This document shows positions 9,345 through 18,400 of a stretch of DNA of 64,000 nt, piece by piece (position 1 is the first letter of the stretch; each line of letters opens with the position of its first letter). A program made the position numbers and the translations under genes. The stretch is from Candidatus Rifleibacteriota bacterium (GTDB lineage Bacteria; Muiribacteriota; UBA6191; JACPRK01; JACQZM01). The DNA lies in NCBI GenBank assembly GCA_016213885.1, contig JACQZM010000163.1:57590-121589 (forward strand), in the 5' to 3' direction. The notes below the pieces were generated by a model. That model saw nothing but the letters and a program-made list of their open reading frames with translations, made no database searches and was not told where the DNA came from.

Positions 9345-9790
9345 ATGTCCTCGTGGATACGTCGATCTGGTCGCTCGTTCTACGCCGGCGCCGGAAGGAC
9401 CTGAGTCCCGACGAGCGTTCCATCGGACTGGAACTGACGGAGCTGATCAAGGAGGGCCGCGCTGTCCTGATCGGCGCAATCCGGCAGGAGATTCTCTCCG
9501 GCGTTCGCGAGAGAGCGACGTTCGATCGTCTCCGCGACCATCTGCGGTCGTTCGACGACGAAATGCTGAGCTTCGAGGACTACGAGGAAGCGGCCGCCTG
9601 CGGCAACCGTTGTCGCGCGGCAGGCGTTTCAGGGTCGATGATCGACTTCCTCCTGTGCGCGGTCGCCCGACGCAGAGGTCTCTCCGTCTTCACGACCGAC
9701 GCCGCCTTCGAACGATACTCCCGCCACCTCCACATCCGGCTTCACCATCCAGCTGGTCAGAACGATAGTGCGATTCGGCCGCGGCAGTGA
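9335..9790 (+). CDS. vapC: PIN-domain toxin VapC
   Basis: VNVLVDTSIW... has the PIN acidic residues (D at the start, E/D later, TTD near the C-terminus). A GTG start at 9335 or 9341 overlaps the vapB stop (GTGA). Confidence 0.8.
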   Translation: MPVNVLVDTSIWSLVLRRRRKDLSPDERSIGLELTELIKEGRAVLIGAIRQEILSGVRERATFDRLRDHLRSFDDEMLSFEDYEEAAACGNRCRAAGVSGSMIDFLLCAVARRRGLSVFTTDAAFERYSRHLHIRLHHPAGQNDSAIRPRQ

Positions 9791-10062
9791 GCGCCTGACG
9801 AGGCGCGGTGACGGTCCAGAGATCCCGTGGTGACGGGCCTTCTGGAATTCGTCGCCAAGATCGACAAGCCAGACCTCCGGAGGCGTGACGCTCTCAAGGA
9901 GATTCGGGCCGTCCGCTGAACTCCAGCGTTGGGCATCTGGGCCTGCGGAGCGTCGAAGCGACGAAGAGACCCCGATAGACTGGCGCCATCGACGCGACGC
10001 ACGGCCAGGAGCCGAGGGCCGACCGGTACGGCCTGGCGGCGCCGGCGACGGCAGGCGCGGCG

Positions 10063-10890
10063 CTACATCCTCTTCAGCTTCTCGCGGGCCATCGAGACGA
10101 GGGCCTCATGGAAGTGGGATTCGGTCTTCTCCGGCTTCCCCTCCGCGACCTCGTGGAGCAGGGGCCTCGCCTCTTCGTCGTCCCCGTTGTCGATCAGGGC
10201 GAGAGCGAGCTGGAGCTTGTTCTCCTGGCGTCCTGGAGCGAGATCCAGCGCTCTCCGGAAGCACTCGATCGCTTTGCGGACGTCTCTCTTGGGCCAGGGG
10301 GCTTCGCGGTAGTACCGCCCCATCGCTCGATGCCCGGCCGCGGAGCGCCAGCCCGGATCGGCCGCGATGAGAGCGTTGGCGAGTCGAACGTACGTGCCCG
10401 CCGCCCCCGTGAGGAACGCTCTCAAGATCCCGATGGCGATGGAATGGTAACCGTACGCGACGAGGTGCCACCCGATCGCATCCGGTGATTCCGGACAGAG
10501 CTCGTGCGCCCGGTCAGCGGCCTCGAGAGCCGCCTTGCCGTACTCGTCCAGCGCCTTCTGGTACTCGGGTCTCTCCTCCAGGACCGTGCCGGTCTCGGAT
10601 TCCAGGAGCTGCGTCCACGCCCGGGCCGTTCGAAGAAGCGCTTCGAGGTCCCCGGGGTCGTCTTTCAGTCGGTCGGCGAGGAGCGACACGATCTTCTTCG
10701 TCGATGCCTTGGTCACCGGGCCATCGAGGAGTCTGTCCACCTCCTTGAACTCCGCCGCCCTGGAGCCACCCTTCCCACGACCACCGGCTCTTGCTCTGGT
10801 TGCCATCAGCTCCCTCGTCTTCTTCGGTCGGCCGGACCCGTTGCTCGGATCGTTCCGGGACATGGTACGACCGCCGACGTGGCACGGCAA
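10063..10890 (-). CDS. TPR-like repeat protein
   Basis: Helical repeat protein (ALLRTARAWTQLLE, YQKALDEYGKAALEAADRAHE, IECFRRALDLAPGRQENKLQLALALIDNGDDEEARPLL); the real start is probably internal (MSRND/MATRA). Confidence 0.5.
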   Translation of the reverse strand: MPCHVGGRTMSRNDPSNGSGRPKKTRELMATRARAGGRGKGGSRAAEFKEVDRLLDGPVTKASTKKIVSLLADRLKDDPGDLEALLRTARAWTQLLESETGTVLEERPEYQKALDEYGKAALEAADRAHELCPESPDAIGWHLVAYGYHSIAIGILRAFLTGAAGTYVRLANALIAADPGWRSAAGHRAMGRYYREAPWPKRDVRKAIECFRRALDLAPGRQENKLQLALALIDNGDDEEARPLLHEVAEGKPEKTESHFHEALVSMAREKLKRM

Positions 10891-11172
10891 GATCGCCAGC
10901 AGGGCGACGCCCGGGAGCGCGATCGGACGGACAATCCCGAGGACGCGGTGCCGTCCCAGCGATACGCCCGACCCTCCACGTCACCGTTCCAGGCCTGTTC
11001 CCCTGTGGCCACTCTTCCCCGCCTCTGGCATACTGTCGAGGCCATGAGACTCGCCGCCTTGCTCCTCGACCCTCGGGCGTGAGCCGGGTCTCGTTTCCAG
11101 GTGCAACGCTGCAGCGTGACGACTCGTGAGACCGCGGCACGCGGTCTCGAATGAACGTTCAAGGAGGCCCCC

Positions 11173-12480
11173 ATGCCCGATTCTCGCGTGCACCTGACCG
11201 AGCCCCAGAAGGGGGTGTGGTACGAGGAGCAGCTCCAGCCAGGCACCGGCATGTGGAACCTCCCGTACCTGGTGCGGCTGCACCAGCCGGTGAGCCTCGA
11301 CACGGTAGAGGAGGCCGCCTGGCGTCTGATCGAGACGTTCGACGCCCTCCGCGTACGGGTAAAGACCGAGGCCGATGGCGTCTGGCAGCGGGTCGTCGAC
11401 GTCCCTCGCCGGCCGCTCGAGCGGGTCGACTTCTCCACGGTGGAGGGGCGGGCGCGGTGCGACACCTGGCTGGCCGGGCGGGCCAGAGCCGCGATCGGGC
11501 TCGGTGAAGCGCCCCCGGTCGACGTCGTCCTGCTGACGTTCCAGGACGGCTCCCCGGGCCTGCTCCTCAAGGTGCACCACCTGGCGGCCGACGGCTTCTC
11601 CATGGCGCTCTTGGTGCGTCACCTCGTGGAGGGGTGCCGGCGGCTGGCCTCTGGCGACGGGTCGTGGCGGCCCGTGCCGGGCCGGTCCGTGGCCGAGCAG
11701 GCAGCCGACGAGGACCGCTACCTCGCCTCGGAGCCGGCCAGCGCCGACCGGGCCCACTGGAGCGCCCTGCTCGACGGGGTGCCCGATCCGGTGTCGGTGC
11801 AGCCGCTGCGCCGATCCGTCGCCCCGGCGGTCGAGCGTGTCACGGTCCGGGTGCCTCCGGACCTGACCCGGGCGATCTACGACCACGGCCGGGAGCACCG
11901 CAGCTCCGTGGTCCGGCTGGTGCTCGCGGCGCTGGGGGCGTACCTGTTCCGGTTCTGCTCCGGCGAGGACGTGGTGATCGGCACGGCGATCTCCGGGCGC
12001 GTCGGACCCGGCGCCGCCGACGCCGTCGGGATGCTCACCCGGATGGTGCCGGTACGGCTGCGGATCGACCGGGCAACGACCTTCGGAGCGCTCGCGGACT
12101 CCGCGGCCGCCCAGGTCAGAGCCGCCAAGGAGCACCAGCTCTTCCCCCTGGGACTCATGCTCCAGGAGGTCCGGCGCCGCGGCCCGGAGCGCGACAGACT
12201 CCTCGACGTGGGCGTGTCCGAGTTCGTCGACCCGGGTCGAGAGGCCGGCGCCGACCTGCACTTCCTCTGCCCCGGGGCGGCGCCCCGCGAGCTCACGGTG
12301 TACGTGGCCAGCGATCACCAGGCCGGGACTCCCATCGAGCTCATGGTGGACTATCGCACGGACCTGTTCGGAGAGCGAGAGGCCGCGGCGCTGGTGGACC
12401 GGCTCCTGGCGATCCTCCGGACCGGACTCGCCGGGCCCGACAGACCGGTCGTCGAGCTCGACCTGCTCACCCCGTCGGAG
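11173..12480 (+). other. NRPS domain C1 (N-terminal starter-type condensation domain)
   Basis: HHLAADGFS at aa 135-143, placed N-terminal before any A/T domain. Confidence 0.7.
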
Positions 12481-15400
12481 CGCAACCAGCTTCTCGTCGC
12501 GTTCAACGCCACCGCCAGCCCCTACCCCCAGGGTCGCACCTGGATCGAGCTGTTCGAAGAGCGGGTGCTGCGCTCGCCCCGCCGGGTGGCCGTGGAGCTG
12601 GGCGACCGCTCTCTGACCTACGTCGAGCTCGACAGCTGGGCGAACCGGCTGGCTCGGCGGCTGCGCCGACACGGCGTCGGCCCGGAGGACCGCGTCGCGA
12701 TCGTGGCGGACCGGAGCGTCGAGATGATCCCGGGGCTGGTGGGCATCGCCAAGTCCGGCGCCGCCTTCGTTCCCGTGGACCCGGACTACCCCCCCGACCG
12801 CATCCGGTTCATCCTGAAGGACAGCGGCGCCCGGGTGCTGGTGACCCGGCAGCATCTCAGGGAGCGGGCGCCGTTCGACGGGGTGGTCGTGGATCTGGAC
12901 CGGCCACCGGACGAGGACGACTCCGCCCCGGAGCTGCTGGCCGGCCCTTCCAGCCTGGCCTACGTGATCTACACCTCCGGGTCGACCGGCAAGCCCAAGG
13001 GCGTCATGATCGAGCACCGCAACCTGGTCAACCTATGCACCTGGGCCTGCCGCTTCAGGTCGCTGACCGAGCACGATCGATGCACCAAGTTCACCGCCTT
13101 CGGTTTCGACGCCTCCGTCGTCGAGGTGTTCCCCACCCTGCTGGCAGGCGCCGCCCTGGTCGTGATCCCCGACGACATCCGCCTGTCCCCGACGCTGCTC
13201 AGGGACTACCTGGATGACCGGCGGGTCACCGTCTCGATCCTGCCGACCCTGCTGTGCGAGCAGTTCATGGAGCTGCCGGAGCCGCGGGCGTTGCGGTGGC
13301 TGTACACCGGCGGGGAGGCGCTGCGCCAGGTCACCAGGCGGCGGTACACGTTCTCGAACGAGTACGGCCCCACGGAGACCACGGTGATCGCCACGGCGGC
13401 CATCATCGACGGGCCCGGCGCCTCCCTCCCGATCGGTCGGCCCGTGGCCAACACCGAGGCTCTGGTGCTGGACCGGTTCGGCAACCTGCAGCCCTGCGGG
13501 GCGCCCGGCGAGCTCTGCGTGGCGGGGGACGCCGTGGGACGCGGCTACCTCGACCGCCCGGAGCTGACCGCCCAGCGGTTCGTGGCCCACCCGTGGAACC
13601 CTGACAGGCGGATGTACCGCACCGGGGACCTGGTGTGCTGGCGGGAGGACGGACAGCTCGAGTACCTGGGTCGCGTGGACCTGCAGGTGAAGATCCGGGG
13701 CTTCCGCATCGAGCTGGGCGAGATCGAGAACGTGCTGCGCACCCACCCCGGAGTGACCGATGCCGTCGTGGCGGACCGGGTCGACGCGGCCGGCGGAAAG
13801 TACCTGGCCGGCTACTACGTGGCCGACTCCGATCTGGCTCCCGGCGAGATCCGGGCGACGCTGGCGCGCCAGCTGCCGGACTACATGGTGCCGCCGTACC
13901 TGGTGCGCATCGACCGCATCCCGCTGTCGCCGAACGGCAAGGTGGACCGCAAGGCGCTGCCGGAGGTGTCCGGGCTTTGCCAGCAGAGAGCGGAGCCCGT
14001 GCCGCCGGGGACCCCCACCGAGACCGCCCTGGTGGGCCTCTTCAAGGAGATCCTGGGCGTCCCGGTCGGCATCGACGACAGCTTCTTCGCCATGGGCGGC
14101 CAGTCGCTCAGGGCCGCTCTGCTGCAGACGCGGATCGGGCGGGAGTTCGGAGTCCATGTGGCGCTGAAGGCGATCTTCACGGGGCCCACGGTGCGGGCGC
14201 TGGCCGTGGTGGTCGACCGGGAGGTCCGGGCGGCTCCGGCCGCCGGGATCGACGAGACGCCGCCGGCGCCCGCGGCGCCACCTCCAGCGGAGGCGGCCGC
14301 CGGCCAGGCGGCGACCGGGCCCCAGGCCCGCCCGGCATCGGCCACGGGGAGGTTCCCGCTCTCCCACGCCCAGCGTCGCGAGCTGATCACCGAGGTGATG
14401 CACCCCGGCACGGCCAGAGCCTGCCTGCCGTTCTCGGTGATGTTCCGGGGCGCCGTGGACCTCGACCTCCTGGAACGTGCGATCCACGGCGCCGTCGAGA
14501 GGCTCGACGCCTTGCGGCTGCGCCTCACGGCCCGGGGGGGCGACCACGAGCAGATCGTGGCCGAGCCGCGCACTGCCGGGCTGGAGCGGCTGGACCTGGG
14601 AGACGATGCCGACGGCGAGGCGCTGAAGGCGGTGCTGGCCGGGCGGAGCCGCCAGCCGTTCGGGCTCCTGGACACGGACCTCCACCGGTTCGTGCTGCTG
14701 CGGCGCGGCTCCGGCGGCGGTTTCCTGATGGTGCTGCACCACATCGTGGCCGATGGCTGGACCGTCAAGCTGGCCATCGAGACGATCGTGGCGGGCTACC
14801 GAGCCCTGGTGGCGGGTGGCGAACCGGACTCCACGCCGACGCCGTCGTACCGGGAGTACGTGGCCTCCGAGCAGGCCTACCTCGCGTCGGACTGCGCGGC
14901 ATCGGATCGCGACTGGTGGCTGAACAAGCTCGGCGACATCCCCGAGGAGGTCGTGCTGCCGTTCTGCCGGTCCAGGGAGTCCAAGGTGGCCGCGGACAGC
15001 CGGTGGTTCCGCCTGGACCCGGGGGTGACGGCCCGGATGCTCGCCCGTTGCGAGGCCGCCGGGACCACGCCGCACGGTCTGGTCCTCGCCGCGACCTACG
15101 CCTGGGTGGCGAGACTGACCGGCCTCGAGGACATCGTCGTCGGCACCCTGACCCACGGACGGGCCGGGCCCCGCGAGAAGACCCTGGCCGGGATGTGCGT
15201 CAACGCGCTGCCGCTCCGTCTCGCCGTCACGCCGGCCCTCCCGATCGGTGCGCTCGCCCAGGTCGTCGCCGCCGAGCTCAGGGCGACGCTGAAGGGGCAT
15301 GCCCGGTACCCGTTCGACCTTCTGGCCATCGACCTGCGCCGGCTCAACGGCAACCGGGCCGTGAGGCTCCTGAACGTCGTGGTGGTGGGTCAGGATTTCC

Positions 15401-18400
15401 CCGGGGATGCGGAGTACACCACGGAGTACCACCACGCCGGGGGGGAGCAGCCTCCGTACCATCTGATCTTGAACGTGGTTCACAACCGCGCCAGGGCCGG
15501 CGTCGTCGAGCTGCTGCTGGCCTCCCCGGAGGGGATGTTCACCGACGCCGATGGCGCTGCCATGGTGGACGACCTGACGAGCCTGGTGGACCAGCTCGTG
15601 ACGTCGCCCGAGCGCACCGTGGGCCAGCTGTCGGTGCCGTCGCTGGATCGAGGTCTCGTCGATGCGCGGCGAACCTGTTTCCCCCTGGCGCCCGCCCAGA
15701 GGCGGGTGTTCCTGGTGGAGCAGCTCACCGGGGTGGGAACGACGTACAACATCCCGGTGCGCCTCGATATCGAGGGGCCGCTCGACGAGGCCCGGCTGCT
15801 GGCCAGCATCGATGCCCTGGTGGACCGACACGGGGCGCTGCGGACCTCTCTCGAGATCAGAGACGGTGAGCCGGTGCAGGTCGTGCACCCGAAGGTGCGC
15901 TACCGCCCCACCCTGCGGGAGGTCGGGGAGGAGGAGATCGATGCCGCCGTGGCGGCGTTCGTGCGACCGTTCAACCTGGCGGTGGCGCCGCTCATCCGGG
16001 TGGAGCTGATCAGGATCGGTCGGGCCCGGCGGGCGCTCCTTCTGGACTTCCACCACACGGTGTTCGACGGCACCTCCCTCATGGTGTTCCTGCAGGAGCT
16101 GATGATGCTCTACGGAGGTCGAGAGCTGCCTCCGCCAGGCCTGCTCTACCACGAGCACGCCCTGCGCCAGACCAGGGAGCTGGGCTCGGCCAGGCTGCGT
16201 CGACAAGAGCAGTTCTGGCTCGCCGAGCTCGCCGACGGCGCCCCGGTGCTGGACCTTCCCACCGACCTGGCCCGTCCGCCGGTCATGGACTACCGGGGCG
16301 ACCGCTTCACGCTGGAGCTCGATCGCGACCTGACCTGCCGGATCAACGAGCTGGCCAGCCGGACAGGCTCCACCCTCTACATGGTCCTGATGGCGACCTT
16401 CGCGACGCTGCTCTCCCGCTATTCCGGCCAGGACGATCTGGTCATCGGCGCCGGGGCGGCCGGACGGGTCGGCGCCGGCGCGGAACGGACCATCGGGATG
16501 TTCGTCAACACCCTGCCGGTACGGTGCCGCCCCGCCTCCCAAAAGAGCTTTCTGGCCTTCCTGGACGAGACCCGGGACCACCTGCTGACCATCCTCGACC
16601 ACCAGGACTACCCGCTCGAACGGCTGGTGGAGAAGCTCAACGTGAAGCGTGACGCCAGCCGGAGCCCGCTGTTCGACGTGGGTTTCGTGCTGCAGAACAT
16701 GGGGATGCCGCAGCGTCAGACCGTGGGGCAGACGACGTTCGTCCGGCGTGATGCGGCGGCGCCCGTGGCCCGCCTCGACCTGATGCTGGATTGCCTCGAG
16801 GACAGCGGCCGGCTGAGGCTCTCGTTCGAGTACCGCACGTCGCTCTTCCTGCGTCAGACCGTGGGCCAGCTCGCCGGCCACCTGCGCAACCTGCTGCAGG
16901 ACGTGACCGCCCGGCCCGAGGCCCGCTTGGCCGACCTGCAGCTGCTCGCGCCGGCCCAGGAGCGGACGCTCCTGTTCGAGTTGAACCGGCCCCGGGTCGG
17001 CTGCCACGAGGGAGCCACGGTCCTCGCCCGGACGCTGCGCGCCCGGGGGGTGGACCGCGAGGCGATCGTGGCGTTGATGCTCGACAAGGGCCTCGAGATG
17101 ATCGTCGGGATCCTGGCGATCCTGAAGGCCGGCGGCTGCTACCTGCCGATCAAGCCCGACTTTCCCGCGGACCGGATCCAGTTCATGCTGGAGAACTCCG
17201 GCGCCCGGCTCCTCGTCACCACCCCGGAACACCGCGGTCGGGCCGGCACCTTCGACGGCCAGGTGGTGGACCTCCTCTGCACGGCGAGCTTCGACGAGGA
17301 CCCCGGCGATCTGGAACCGGTCAACACCCCCGGGGACCTGATCTACATCATCTACACCTCCGGCTCCACCGGGAAGCCCAAGGGGGTCATGCTGACCCAC
17401 CGCAACGTGGTGTCGCTGATGGCCAACGGCCGGATAGGGCAGCCCGGCTACTACTCCTTCGACGAGACCGACGTGTGGACCATGTTCCACTCGTTCTGCT
17501 TCGACTTCTCGGTGTGGGAGATCTACGGCGCTCTGCTCCACGGCGGCCGGCTGGTCATCGTGTCGAAAGACGTGGCGGTCGACCCGGCGGCGTTCGTGAG
17601 GCTGTGCAAGAGCGAGCGCGTCACGGTGCTGTCCCAGACGCCGGGAGCCTTCTACAACTTCGTCGCCGAGGATCTCAAGACCCCGGACCGCGACCTGACC
17701 ATCCGCTACGTCACGTTCGGCGGCGAGGCGCTGAAGCCGGCGCTGCTGGCCGAGTGGCACACCCGGTACCCCGGCACCAGGCTCATCAACATGTACGGCA
17801 TCACGGAGACCACGGTGCACGTGACGTACAAGGAGATCACGGACGTCGAGATCGCCGCTGGCGCCTCCAACGTCGGCGGCCCCATTCCCAACTGGACGAC
17901 CTACCTCATGGACCGGAACCTCCGGCTGGTCCCCCTGGGCGTGCCGGGAGAGATCTGCGTCGGCGGCGACGGCGTGGCCCGGGGCTACCTCGGCCGGCCG
18001 GAGCTGACGGCGGAGCGGTTCGTGGCCAACCCCTACCGTCCCGACGAACGGGTCTACCGTTCCGGAGACCTGGCGCGGATGCTGCCCTCCGGCGAGATGG
18101 AATACCTGGGGCGCATGGACTTCCAGGTCAAGATCCGGGGTTTCCGCATCGAGCTGGGCGAGATCGAGGGCTGTCTTCTGAAGCACCCGGACGTGAATCG
18201 GGCGGTGGTCGTCGCCAGGGCGGACCGGGACGGCGCCACCTGCATCGTGGCCTACCTGGTGTCGACGGCCGACGTCTCGGTCAACGCTCTCAGGGAGCAC
18301 CTCCTGAGGGATCTTCCCGACTACATGGTGCCGGCCTACTTCGTGAAGCTCGCCGGGATGCCGCTCACCCCGAACGGCAAGGTGGACCGCAAGGCGCTGC

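Noticed and set aside
10981-13017. 678-aa minus-strand ORF and neighbouring 10504-11603 ORFs
   Set aside because: Overlap the NRPS 5' region and its promoter in other frames. GC-driven open frames.
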